Made by a program: the position numbers and the translations under genes
Assembly (NCBI RefSeq): GCF_964188315.1
Contig: NC_135662.1
Coordinates: forward strand, 59,706,001 to 59,770,000
Direction of reading: 5' to 3'
Source: Podarcis muralis
Taxonomy: Eukaryota
DNA length: 64,000 bases
Shown: positions 35,168 through 47,500 of the stretch, one piece after another
Layout of the letters: every line of letters begins with the position of its first letter
How positions within the stretch are numbered: the stretch's first letter is position 1
The notes under the pieces: generated by a model
Seen by the model: only the letters and a program-made list of their open reading frames with translations
Told to the model about the DNA's origin: nothing
Database searches by the model: none

Positions 35168-35490
35168 AAACATCTCCATAAGAACATCAAAAGAGCTGCT
35201 GGATCTGGCCATTGGTCCTGCATCCTGTTCGCATAGTGGCCGATCAGATGCCTGTGGTAAACCCGCAAGCAGGACCCAAGCACAAGAGCACTCTCCCCTC
35301 CTGACGTTCCTATTTAGAAGCATTACTGCCTCTGACTATGGAGGCAGTGCATAGCCATCATGGCTAGTAGCCACTGGTAGCCCCACCGTCCATGTTTTTG
35401 TCTATTCCTCTTTTGAGGCCATCCAAGTTGGTAGCCATCACTGCCTCCTGTGAGAGCAAGTTCCATAGATTAACCATGCACTGTGTACGC
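35168..35490 (-). mobile_element. CR1 LINE 3' end (different family)
   Basis: CATAAGAACATCAAAAGAGCTGCTGGATCTGGCC..GCATCCTGTTC..GTGGCC..CAGATGCC and GTTCCATAGATTAAC..CACTG, antisense CR1 3' motifs. Confidence 0.7.
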
Positions 35491-35677
35491 CCAATGTATA
35501 TATGTCCCTGATTCAGGACGGACTATGGTCCCAGGAATAAACATTTATCCATTTTGGTTTTTTGCCTTAAGACCTTTCACATATTCCCCCTTAATGATCT
35601 TTTCACCATTTGGGTGCAAAGCAGCACATTTTGACCACATGCTCTACACTGGGCATAACAGAAGAGTTTGCTACATA

Positions 35678-35907
35678 CAGTGGTACCTCAGGTTACATAC
35701 GCTTCAGGTTACAGACTCCGCTAAACCAGAAATAGTACCTCAGGTTAAGAACTTTGCTTCAGGATGAGAACAGAAATCGTGCTCCGGCGGCACAGCAGCA
35801 GCAGCAGGAGGCCCCATTAGCTAAAGTGGTGCTTCAGGTTATGAACAGTTTTCAGGTTAAGAACGGACCTCTGGAACGAATTAAGTACTTAACCCGAGGT
35901 ACCACTG
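35678..35907. mobile_element. Tigger-like MITE, subfamily B (opposite orientation to 13039)
   Basis: TIRs and TA TSD. Confidence 0.9.
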
Positions 35908-36406
35908 TACACTGCATACTCACACAACACATATATGCTTTCTGGGTGGAAAATCTAGTTTCCGGTCTGCATGGATATGCAGTACAAAATATAGGTGTGT
36001 ATCACTGCCTAGCTCCGCTAATGATTAGTGGCAAACTTGCTTCTCCGCAGTTCAGAGCAAAGGATGAAGCCTAGTAAGAATAATCCCTTTGGAATGTTGT
36101 ACCTCACACCCAATACCAAAATGCTACATTCCTGAGATTAAGATAGCAGATTCAAAACAAGCAGGGCGGGTGGATCACAGATACTTTCACTTGTACTGAA
36201 ATACAGACCTTTTCCTTTTCCTTTGGCTGCCACAGCTTAATTTTTGCTCAAGTTCCACTGTATCTCTGTAGAGTTCTCCCTTTTACAAAGGACAGTGTAC
36301 AGTCTTCTTAAGTTGCATGCTTACTTTTGGCATCTGCTTACTATTCTGCACTAAACACAAGCAATAATGTGACCTGCAAAGCGGTGGTTAAGACCACTGC
36401 TTAAGG

Positions 36407-36887
36407 CAGAGCTTTCCAAACTGTTCATGTTGGTGACACACTTTTTAGACGTGCATCATTTTGCGACACAGTAATTCAGTTTTGCATCTTTTCGCAACAC
36501 AGTACAGTGGTACTTCGGGTTAAGTACTTAATTCGTTCCGGAGGTCTGTTCTTAACCTGAAACTGTTCTTAACCTGAAGCACCACTTTAGCTAATGGGGC
36601 CTCCTGCTGCCGCTGTGCCGCCGGAGCCCGATTTCTGTTCTTATCCTGAAGCAAAGTTCTTAACCTGAGGTACTATTTCTGGGTTAGTGGAGTCTGTAAC
36701 CTGAAGCGTATGTAACCTGAAGCATATGTAACCTGAGGTACCACTGTAATTCAGTTTTACTAGCAAACCGGAGGTTAAACTAATCCCTTTCCAGCCCTGG
36801 GAGGAGCATGAGAAACATTCGCACGACACACCTGCACACAGCAACCAAGACACAAACGTGTCACGACACACAGTTTGGAAAGCTCTG
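36407..36887. mobile_element. hAT MITE hosting a Tigger insertion
   Basis: TIR CAGAGCTTTCCAAACTGT / ACAGTTTGGAAAGCTCTG; exact 8-bp TSD GCTTAAGG (36399-36406, 36888-36895). Confidence 0.92.
36505..36746. mobile_element. Tigger-like MITE, subfamily B, nested in the hAT MITE
   Basis: TIRs and TA TSD (36503-36504, 36747-36748). Confidence 0.92.
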
Positions 36888-38125
36888 GCTTAAGGCATCC
36901 ACCGATAAAATAACCTCACTGCAACATATCCAGCATAAGCAGAGTGCATTGTATAGCTTCAGGCAGAGATAACCCCAAACACTTTGGTGCTAGAGGCAGA
37001 CAATCAACATGGTTCCTCTCCTACAGTAACACAATCCTGTCACGGGTCAAGATTCAGAGAGTTTCCACTTACCTATGCCATACCGCCCAACTTTTTCTGA
37101 TTGAAAACCAGGACACGCATCTTCAGGGAAGTGCTCCCAGGCAAGTCACATGACTCACGCAGCACTCTCGACCCCCCCCCCCAAAGCATTTCTTTTACAG
37201 GGCGCAATCTTCTGCAGTGTCAAAAAACACGTTTTGGGGAGCTGCATGAGATTGCAGTCCAGAAAAAACACAAAAAGCGACAGCACGGCATGGGAACATG
37301 TGATATTGTGGCACCCAAAATGGCTGCCATGATCTCAAGCAAAAAAAAACAGGATGTCCCATTTTTTTCGGGTCTCTTGGCAGGTATGCTATGCCCACTG
37401 GAGTCCTGGTCAGGCAAGCCAAGCATGAGTAGGCCAGACCAGGCCCTCCTGCACCATATACACTGGCCTGAAGCAGGGGAGGGTTTCACAAGCCACAGAC
37501 CCATTGTCTCAACTGTACCACTGGGCAGTGTGGGAGGGGCGCACTGAGAAAATTTCTAACTTCTTCAGCACATACTGCTGTGTTATGTGCTTGTATTTGT
37601 TCACAAAAAAAGATACAGATAACTTGACTTCTTTGGGGGAGTTGTTTTTCCTCAGATATAAGCCAATTCCTTTAAATGTCATTTATGCAATCACCACCAC
37701 CCCTTGCATTTCAAAGTCCAGGAAGGAATCGCAACCCACAATGCCAAAATCTTACTTGTGAGTAATTTCTTGGCAGTCAGTACTAGTTACATGTCAGCGT
37801 TTTCCATCTGAAAGCTTCTGTTAAGACACAGGGGCGCTTCAAAACATAACATTTTTCCCACATAGAAAAAGAACTTCTGGTAGGAAGATGTATGAAATAT
37901 ATATATATATAGCCCTGATCACTTTTCACTGTATGAACACACTGAGTGGGTATGTGCAGATGCTTTGAGAAGATGAATGCATGACCCCACTATGCTGTCA
38001 TGTGCAGATCTACCAAGAGGCATGTGGACATGACTGGTGCTATAATGTGGATTATAAATCAGTACCTGTGCAAGCAGTGTTGGAAGCAAGTACTGAAAGA
38101 ACTACAGGATCTGCAATCACACTAA

Positions 38126-38883
38126 AAAGGTGAAGGTAAAGGACCCCTATGGGATGCGGGTGGTGCTGTGGGTAAAACCTCAGCGCCTAGGACTTGCCGA
38201 TCGCATGGTCGGCGGTTCGAATCCCCGCGGCGGGGTGCGCTCCCATCGTTCGGTCCCAGCGCCTGCCAACCTAGCAGTTCGAAAGCACCCCTGGGTGCAA
38301 GTAGATAAATAGGGACCACTTACCAGTAGGAAGGTAAACGGTGTTCCTTGTGCTGCGCTGGCTCGCCAGATGCAGCTTGTCACGCTGGCCACGTGACCCG
38401 GAAGTGTCTGCGGACAGCGCTGGCTCCCAGCCTATAGAGTGAGATGAGCGCACAACCCTAGAGTCTGGCAAGACTGGCCCGTACGGGCAGGGGTACCTTT
38501 ACCTTTACCTTTAAAGGACCCCTGGACGGTTAAGTCCAGTTAAAGGCAACTATGGGGTTGTGGCGCTCATCTTGCTTTCAGGCCGAGGGAGCCAGCGTTT
38601 GTCCACAGACCACTTTCCGGGTCATGTGGCCAGCATGACTAAACCGCTTCTGGCACAACAGAACACCGTGACAGAAACCAGAGTGCACGGAAATGCCATT
38701 TACCTTTCCGCTGCAGCGGTATCTATTTATCTACTTGCACTGGCGTGCTTTTGAACTGCTAGGTTGGCAGTAGCTGGGACAGAGCAACAGGAGCTCACCC
38801 CGTTGCACAGATTCAAACCGCCAACCTTCTGATTGGCAAGCCCAAGAGGCTCAGTGGTTTAGACCACAGCGCCACCTGCATCC
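38126..38883 (-). mobile_element. Sauria SINE (outer), interrupted near its 3' tail
   Basis: 12-bp TSD CAATCACACTAA at 38114-38125 and 38884-38895; body at 38524-38883. Confidence 0.9.
38151..38512 (+). mobile_element. Sauria SINE (inner, different subfamily)
   Basis: Head GGGATGCGGGTGGTGCTGTGGG, tail (ACCTTT)3; 11-bp TSD AAAGGACCCCT at 38138-38148 and 38513-38523. Confidence 0.92.
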
Positions 38884-39051
38884 CAATCACACTAACATGG
38901 GGCTAATGGCAACAGGTGACTTTACAGCACTAGCGCAGCTATGGCTGGGCATGAGGGCCAAAGTCCAGCAATCCACATAGCTCAGCCCCTCCCCAAAAGT
39001 GACCACCCTGAAAGGGGCAGATTAGCAGTAGCAAACTGACACCCAGCTCAC

Positions 39052-39165
39052 TTTATTTACTGTGTTTATATCCTGCCTTTTTTCTCTAAGTAGTTTAAGA
39101 TGGCACACATTAATCCCCTCATAACCCTGTGAAATAGGTTAGGATGAGACGTAGTGACTCACCCA
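39052..39165 (-). mobile_element. Old Squam3-like SINE fragment
   Basis: TTTATATCCTGCC..ATAACCCTGTGAAATAGGTTAGGATGAGA..GTGACTCACCCA. Confidence 0.55.
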
Positions 39166-39736
39166 TATTATATAAATAACAACAACAACACCACAAGGAT
39201 TTGAGTCTCTTTACGTCTGTGGCCATGGTGGGTTGTGGATTCTCTCTTATAAAACATAACAAAGGTGTCTTCCTTTTATAATTCAGTATACAAATTAAAT
39301 ATATTTAATCATTTCTCCTGATCTGCTTAATCTATTCCAGTCATAAACATAAGGTGGTCTTGTAGAGTTTTATCATTCTAGTTCTATAATTCTAGGAAAG
39401 TTCCTTGTAATTTGCAAAACTAGATTTGTTTTAATAAACAGACAACTAAATGTTGCTGAGCCGGGGGGGGGGGGGGGGAGGAGTTTGGGGAACTACTCAA
39501 ACAGGTTTAACAAAGAAGCCTGCCAAAGAACAAGATCAAACACATTATTACCTGCTAAAAGGATGCCTGAACAACTTTTTGAGATGTGACTGTTGCATTT
39601 GAGGGAACTTTGTAGCTGCTGTGAACTGGTTTAACCAAATTGCATTGTGTTTTGCCTGGTGTCCATTAATGCTGCAAAGGTGTTATTCCAAATAAATGGA
39701 AAATATTATTGCTCAGTTATTTTAAGAAAAGTTATG

Positions 39737-39932
39737 AGAGAGCCAGGAAAACTTGAGTTCAAATCCTCACTCTGCCATGAACTTCACTGAGTGAGCATAG
39801 ACCAGACATTGCTGTCTCTCAGCCTCACGTACCTTACAGGATTGCTCTGGAAATAAAAATAAAGGGGAAGCAGTGTAAAAGCTGTCTTGAGCTCCTTGAA
39901 GGAGGAATATAAATGTAGTGAAACAAATAAAA
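39737..39932 (+). mobile_element. Old Squam3-like SINE
   Basis: GAGTTCAAATCCTCACTCTGCCATGAACTTCACTG..TCTCTCAGCCTCAC..TTGAGCTCCTTGAAGG. Confidence 0.65.
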
Positions 39933-40658
39933 GAAAAATGTGGGTGATGAATGGAAACTGTGGTTCCCATTATTAAGAGCCAGCAAGGGCCTCTGCTTTC
40001 CTTACTAGTTTTTATATTATTTTATTTATATTTTCTCTTTGTAAGCCACTTTGAAGTGTTTGACAAAAGTGTATTAACTTTATGCAATAAAATAAATATT
40101 TATAATATGGCTTTTAGGACAAGGTCCAACCTTTTGTTTTTTTAAGATGGCTGAGGGAAGGCATGATAATCTTATAAAATTGTGATAGGTGCAGTGAAAT
40201 TTTCATACAGTCATAATACCAGAACTTAAAATAAATCAAGTGAAATTTACTAGAAAAAAGGATTCCAAACAGAAAAGTAAATGTATTTCTGTGCACGATG
40301 CATAATTAAATCACAGATCACATTAGAGAAAATGCAAACCCTTTTGCTTTAGGAGGCTTTTGCTCTAGAAGGCTTAGTTTGGTCAGAATCAGTATACGCT
40401 TCCAGAGCTAATGCTTAAATACATTACTTCTAGTAAATGAGCGACCATAGCCACTAGAGGGCCGTGAAAATTTGTGTCCCTGGCTTTTTAGACTCGTCTA
40501 CCCATGTGCTATCTGAAACCAAAGGGGCTCATTGGTTGCCAGATGTGAAATTTTTTTCCAGCTCTCCTACCCCACTAATATGACAACACATACTCTACTT
40601 CCTGCAACCATATGACTTTGGAGAGGAGAATAGCATCCAGTGTGAATCATCTCTACTA

Positions 40659-40897
40659 CAGTGGTACCTCGGGTTACATATGCTTCAGGTTACAGACGCT
40701 TCAGGTTACAGACTCCGCTAACCCAGAAATAGTACCTCGGGTTAAGAACTTTGCTTCAGGATGAGAGCAGAAATCGTGCTCCGGCAGCGCAGCAGCAGGA
40801 GGCCCCATTAGCTAAAGTGGAGCTTCAGGTTAAGAACAGTTTCAGGTTAAGAACAGACCTCCAGAACGAATTAAGTACTTAACCCAAGGTACCACTG
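40659..40897. mobile_element. Tigger-like MITE, subfamily B (opposite orientation to 13039)
   Basis: TIRs and TA TSD. Confidence 0.92.
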
Positions 40898-41194
40898 TAT
40901 AGGCAAAGTCACGGACCTGTAACCGAATTGTTTAGTCCTCACACAAACATACATTATTCTAGATACCTTTTAAGGATTTTATGCTGATCTTGTGAAACTC
41001 CATGCAACTCCTTTAACCTTTGCACTCTTGGTGGTAGGTATAATAGTAGGTTTCTTTTTCTCTCCCCACCCCCCAACCAATTCTTCAAGTATTACTGGCA
41101 ACCTGCCAGGATGATTCCCTTTGAACACATCTGTTGCACTGCTGAGACTTACATGCTGCAGGTGTTGCACTTTGATTGGCACCTGTGTTCCAAA

Positions 41195-41282
41195 GCAATT
41201 CCTAACCATGTCTACTCAAAACGTAAGTTCTACTGAGTTCAGTGGGGCTTATTCTCAGGTAAACAGGATTAGGGCTGCATCC
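41195..41282. repeat. Old palindromic hairpin repeat
   Basis: GCAATTCCTAACCATGTCTACTC..GTAAGTTCTACTGAGTTCAGTGGGGCTTATTCTC..GGATTAGGGCTGC. Confidence 0.55.
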
Positions 41283-41462
41283 TTAAATCACACCACTCTA
41301 TCCATGAATGTGGTTGAGGACAGTAGAAGCAAATCAAACAAAGCCATAAGAAAAAACCATGATATGCACTCAGGATTACAACCCCAGATAAAAAAGAAAT
41401 GTGTTATGGTCTCTGTACCTGCTTTCTATTTTTCTCATGTTTCTGTATATGAGATTATAGAA

Positions 41463-41708
41463 AAGAAGAAGAGTTTGGATTTAATATCCTGCTTTATCAC
41501 TACCCAAAGGAGTCTCAAAGCGGCTAACAATCTCCTTTCCCTTCCTCCCCCACAACACACACTCTGTGAGGTGAGTGGGGCTGAGAGACTTCAAAGAAGT
41601 GTGACTGGCCCAAGGTCACCCAGCAGCTGCATGTGGAGGAGCGGAGACGCGAACCCGGTTCCCCAGATTACGAGTCTATCGCTCTTAACCACTACACCAC
41701 ACTGGCTC
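41463..41708 (-). mobile_element. Squam3-like SINE (young subfamily)
   Basis: Reverse complement of 6827-7065, including the AAG tail. Confidence 0.88.
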
Positions 41709-41755
41709 TTATAAGATTATTGAGCACATTGGACTTCTACACATCCTTCCTACAG

Positions 41756-41864
41756 GTCTGGGCACGAGTGGAAGGAGAGCAAGCTTCTCTCTGTGTATGA
41801 AAGTAACGGGGCTGGAGCAGGAGCAGTTCATTTCTGTTTACCCTCCTGTGGGACCCGCAGAGAG
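41756..41864 (+). other. Candidate 109-nt exon of an unannotated transcript
   Basis: Acceptor ACATCCTTCCTACAG| and donor GAG|GTGAGG; no protein similarity recognised. Confidence 0.2.
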
Positions 41865-41989
41865 GTGAGGACGTCTCTTTCTCTCTCTTTATAGGGAGAC
41901 AGCTCATTAACTAATGCATGATAAATAATTTGTGCACAGCAGGTTCATTAATTTAACATGGAACCATCAGCAGAATGTAATTACAGGGT

Positions 41990-42340
41990 CCCAAGGTCCT
42001 AGAGATGCGCTAGCAATTGCAGCCACCCATCCATTAGGCAAGTTAGGCCTCTGTCTATAGCAGAAACTCCACACGGAAGACAAAACCACCCCAACGACTT
42101 GTTTTGAGAGCTAGCGACAGGTTTCAGGGTTAGCCAGGAGGATTCCCACTCCCATGCCATGCAAGGTAAAGTCATCTCTGGCCTGTCAATGCCCCCTGGT
42201 ATGAACACAAGCAGAAACGAATTTGACACCAATCAAGCCGTGAACATATGGGTGGGGTAGGGCGAGGTGTGAAATGCACCGGAAAAACCTCACTGTACTC
42301 TAAGGTGGTAGGTAATATGAACACACCCTGTGATACGAAG
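41990..42340 (-). mobile_element. Unclassified interspersed repeat, possibly a LINE 5' UTR
   Basis: GC-richer block whose minus strand (CCTTGCATGGCATGGGAG..GGTTTTGTCTTCC) resembles RTE-type 5' UTRs from memory only. Confidence 0.25.
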
Positions 42341-42452
42341 GAAACTTGGAACCCACAGCAACCAGGAGATGGCATAGAAGTCCTGGATTAGCTTGATTGA
42401 ACTAGAATATCTAACAGCAGGTTTCTGTTCCCCCTAAATGTATTTGCTTATA

Positions 42453-42957
42453 GCAATGGTTCTCAAAGGGTGTGGCACGCAACACTGGTGTGTCAGGAGA
42501 AGGTGGCAAGTGTGCGGGAAGATTCAAGGACAATAAAGAAACATTTAAACATTTCAGTGTAATATAGCATAGCATAGCATAGCAAAGTATTGTTTTTCTT
42601 TTCTTTTCTTTTCTTTGCAGAATATGGATAGATACCTTTTCAAAATGAGAGCAAGAGCATCAAGTGATACTGCAAGGACGCACCACTCATTGACTTTGTA
42701 TGGATACTTAATAGACTTGTTTATAATTATATTTATGTAATGATTCATGTTCTTGTGTAGCTGCACTGTTTTACACTTTCTGGATGTCACATGACCATAT
42801 TATAAAGTAGTTGTGTTCTGTGTTATAAGTCAAGCACTGCTGGGAGTTTCTTATTTTTGTTTTCCAATGTATTTCTTCTCAATTAAAAAAACTGGTGTTG
42901 CATGAGCACATTTTTATACTGAAAGTGTGGACCAGAGAAGCAATTTGAGAACCACTG
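42453..42957 (+). mobile_element. Non-autonomous hAT element
   Basis: TIRs CAATGGTTCTCAAA / TTTGAGAACCACTG; degraded 8-bp TSD GCTTATAG/GGTTAATG. Confidence 0.7.
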
Positions 42958-43099
42958 GGTTAATGAATAACAAGATCTCTCCAGCTCTGAGTTGGAGAGG
43001 AAATGTTTGCTATATTTCAATACAAGCAGCGAATTGTATCTTCACTGAATTCTTTACTAAATTGGTATGGTTTTTTTTTTTTTTTTGCAAAAGGATTCA

Positions 43100-43182
43100 T
43101 TACAATTCTATAATTGCTTACTGTGCCGTAAGTCCCATTGAGTTCAGTTGGCCTTGATTCTACTGTGCATAGGATTACAGTC
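43100..43182. repeat. Old palindromic hairpin repeat
   Basis: TACAATTCTAT..GTAAGTCCCATTGAGTTCAG..TGCATAGGATTACAG. Confidence 0.5.
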
Positions 43183-43195
43183 TTATAAGTAGTTG

Positions 43196-43312
43196 CAGTG
43201 CTTTTTTCTGGGGGGACGCATACCCCTAAACATTTTGTGAATGTTTTGTGGCCTCATTGAGGAGCACTATTTCAATATGAGTGGGGGGGGGGATTTAGGG
43301 AAAAAAGCACTG
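43196..43312. mobile_element. hAT MITE
   Basis: TIR CAGTGCTTTTTT/AAAAAAGCACTG; exact 8-bp TSD AGTAGTTG. Confidence 0.92.
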
Positions 43313-44506
43313 AGTAGTTGTAAACAAGCCCAAGCATTAAAGTGTCACTGTTGCTGTATTATAATACAAATAATCCCTCTAGTGTTCAGAGTCTATTAGT
43401 TCATAGCACAGACTTAACCAATATATTCTATAAGACCAACAAAGCAGGTATAACTAAACCTAAATCATGGATAGCTGCTCAGAACAGTTTGCTTTTTATT
43501 TTGGGGAATGGAAATGTGTTTTAGTCCATGAGATTAAAAAATCCATTGCCATAGGCTTTTGTAGTTGTGGATATATTTGCCCACAACCATGGCAGTTATC
43601 TATGGTATATTGCCAACTGCCAGGTGTGTGTGTAGTCATTCAAACATACCTGATAGGATTTATGGAAAGTATTCTAACTGTCATCCAAACTGTTTGCACC
43701 AATAAAGGGCAAGTATGTTCCATGGACAAATGGTAGCAAATGCATTGTCCTGCTGAATTATGGGATTCCCTTCCCTTTCTGCATATTGATTCCATGTGGA
43801 GCCAAACAGCCCAGAAGAGCAGTGGGGAAAACTCCATTCACTAGAAGGGGATGCAAAAGTACCAAAGTCTGCCAATTAGAAGAGAAATTGAGACATACAT
43901 GATCAGTTGACTGCTTTCCGTATTGTATTGCACTGCCATTTGCATTCTTAAAACTGTTTTACAAGACCAAAATCTCTTTTTAAAACACTGACAATGGTAT
44001 TCGCTTGCTTGGGTTATCAGTGCAGGGACTGGGAAAAGGTGCTAAGCAAGCGAAATTAGCCATTATACAATAATAAATATATTCACAACAGCAATGGGCC
44101 AGCCAGCAATCTTAATTTTTGTTTATTATGCTATTCTAGATACAGATTTAACCTTCTTTGCTTAATGTTTACTTTTCCATTCCTTGAAATGAGAACTGCA
44201 GTAAGTGGTCTGAAAGCTTGCTACTTTCACAGTTGCGTCTTTGTGTAACACTGTACCCTTTTGAAAATATGCCAGGCCGTTTCTGTAGAACTTGCTATTT
44301 AAATGTACATTTTCCTTCGCCTTCTGAAGTCACTGGGTAAAATAGAGTTATTTCCTAGATTAGCAAAATCAGAGATTATATAAAGCTGTTCATTTCTAAA
44401 CGGACACTAAAATATTTCTGTTTTGAAGACCCAAGTATTATATTGCTTCTGTATTTCTTATGTAAAGCTCTGTTTGCGGAATTTGCTTTATTGCAGTATA
44501 TTTTGG

Positions 44507-44525
44507 AATAAATGAATAAAATAAA
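44507..44525 (+). terminator. Triple AATAAA, candidate polyadenylation signal
   Basis: AATAAA at 44507, 44515 and 44520, after ~600 bp of repeat-free, 3'-UTR-like sequence. Confidence 0.3.
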
Positions 44526-47500
44526 CATAAAATTGCTGAAAACCAGAGTAAGAGCATCGTTTTAGTATCCAGTATGATTAATGTGTTGCAGAAAGTGGAA
44601 GCAAGGGCTTTTAGAGTAAGACCAAATCAATTTGGCTTTTATTCACATTATGATTCTTTAAGATACACAAGTAATGTACATCTAAATTTTGCTTTTCTGG
44701 CAAATATCCAAAAGGGGAATCTGCAAACATCCTCCGCCATGGAATGATGAGGTCCAGATTCAGAAACACATGACTTCTGTTTACTGGATCATAAACAAGG
44801 TGGAACTCCCAGGGGACAGAACATTTGGTGATATAATAGGGACTGGGACTTCCAGAGCCCAACTTTCTGTGGTGTCATCAAACAAACTCAAAGGAGCAAG
44901 CCTGAAGGTATTTGGCAGGAGGTATACTACCTATATATACTACTTGTGGGGTTACACTGTAAATCCTTTTGCAAATATGCTAGACCTTTGCTTGCAGACC
45001 CTGGACTCAGCTACTTTAGTCAAAAAAGCAGCGATTTGAATACATTATAAACATGCAACAGCAGATGGTGCCAGAGAGCACAAAACCTTTCTAGAGTGTT
45101 TTTGCATAGGGTTTTTTTTCTTTTCTTATAATAATTTAATTTCTGACTTATTTAAAGCATTTTTTCCCCTGTATGTAGACTGCTGTGCCCCGCCCCCGAC
45201 TCAGGTCATGCATGCCCCAGCAATCTCTCAACACTAAATTTCTCTTCAAGTCTTGGAGTAATGTGTTGAGTTAACCTGTGAGAGGGGCTAGCACACTTCA
45301 TGCCACCCACATGCCATTGTCTTTCCATTCGACCTCTAACTCACAGATCTTGTGAAGCTGGGGGCTTTCTGTACCTGCTACCCAATCATTTTAAACCCTG
45401 AAAACCCCCAATTCTCAAATGAGCACATGAGACTCCCCACTCCCTCCACAAGTTTGAAGGTAGCAGAAAGACAACAGGGGATGGTGTTAGTACACTCAAC
45501 TCCCATCCACCCCTCCTAGCATGTTAGCACACTATCGTGTCACCAGAAAAGGACTAACAAGTGTGATGGAAGTTTAACTCAGGCTATAAATTTACTATAC
45601 ACACTTAAGTGCCAGTTACATTAATGGGGCTGACTTCTGAGTGAACATGTATAGGATTACGCTGTAATACAGATGTACTTTTTGTGGACCTTCAAATGAG
45701 GATTAAAAGTTGCAAAAATAATAACAACACAAGGCCCTTTTTGCTGAAGGAAAAGGCCAAGCCCTTTTGGCATATGATCTGCACAGATCCTAGTCAACGC
45801 AGGCTACATGCCTTTAAAACTGAAATGACATGGATGGAATTAACATGGGTTTTTAATAAGGTCAGAAAAAGCTGCCATGCCACAAAAATCTGATCTGTTT
45901 GCTTAATTCCAGTAGACTCAAGGAGTGTCAGGAATTCCAAGAGGAAAATATGTTGTGGTTTCACTAATGTGGGCCGCCTCAAACCAAGGAAATATGGGGA
46001 TCCATGAGTTTCCAGTATTCCTTATTTTATGTCAGGCTGGTTAAATTCACATGTACAGACTCTGGGCCCCATATAGCATGCTGACTACAACTTGAATCTG
46101 GCCAGGTGTTTTGTATTTTTGCAACTCCATCTTACAGCTGGTATGTTATGCCTAGGAGTTGACATGTTGTGAGAATATCACTTCAGCATACACTGTCATT
46201 GGAAATAATGGATGTTCCTTCAATACAAGCCACATCTATAGGTCTCCTCAGTTGTTCACTGAGTGTTTTGCATCCACCAAGCTGACTAGGAGATTTATTT
46301 CCTAATCCCTTTATTTCAAGACAACAGAGTTGCCATCCTTTTAGCTGGCTCTACTGCAGTACTTTTACCTATAGCGTAATAAGCAAGGACTTCATTGGGG
46401 AACCTATTTCCCTTGTTTATATCCATGAAGGGGGGGGGGGAATCACCTATTAAATTTCTTCTTGTCAAGCTGCTGGTAAAGGCACAGCTTACATTCTCCA
46501 AGAAAGAAGATTGGTTCAAATGTTGCCCTTCCCAGTGAAGCTGCTGGGGAAAACCCTTCTGCTGCACATGGTAAGGGCATCACAGTCACATTGTAAAGTT
46601 CTAGCTGGCATGTTATTTCAAGGTTCTTCCTTATGCAAAGTGTCCCTTTATCTCCTGTTATTCAAGCCTATGATCTAAGTCCATGACCCAACTTACAGCA
46701 TTCCCATTTGGATTTCAGGGTTAAACTCCCAAGTGGAAAGAGTTCAGTCTGCTTTCCTCCAGGAAATACTGGGTTTACTATCTTGTGTGGGGAACTCAGC
46801 TATTTATTTGGACGTGTGTATTCAGTCAGCTGAATTGTTGAGTTCATGTCCTGAAATGGTGGTTATATTTATGCTTTTCAGTAGCTGCAAAGCATATTCT
46901 TTCATACTCTCATACTATTTCATTAGTCAATGGGAAGAAGATATTTAGGCTGGGCTTCTCTCCTCAATTTTGCTGCAATTATAGGTCAAAGAAGGCCCAG
47001 TTTTTTTTGTTGTTCAGCAATTACTCGTCTTACATCTACACAGTAACAAACCCTGCATTTCATTACTGTTTAGCAACCCCCTAAACTATATAATCATCGT
47101 TCAAATAGGAGAGCATTTATCCTTGCTTATTTTAATGTGCTACATTCTGCACTGTTAAGTGAGCAAGATTTCAGTTCTTGACAGGTTGTATTTGTGAGGA
47201 GCTGGAGTAGAACCTGTTGACCATGTTATGCTGTACTGCAGCCTGTGTAGTGAGAGGGGTTAATTCTCCCTCTACTCCGAACTCCCCTGGGAATATGTCC
47301 TGATTTTGTATCATTCTGTTTAAGGGAGGTTTCCTCCTGGGGTACTGAGAGGGTTGGAAAAACAATTTCTGACTTCAGTGCAGATTAGGAAAAGCTTTCT
47401 ATTGGCTTCAGAGAGAGAGAGAGGGAGAAATGTGAGTTTGTATTTGTCTTTTTTTAATTGTTTTAATGAGCTATATGTTTTCTTTCCATACCAAATTTTA

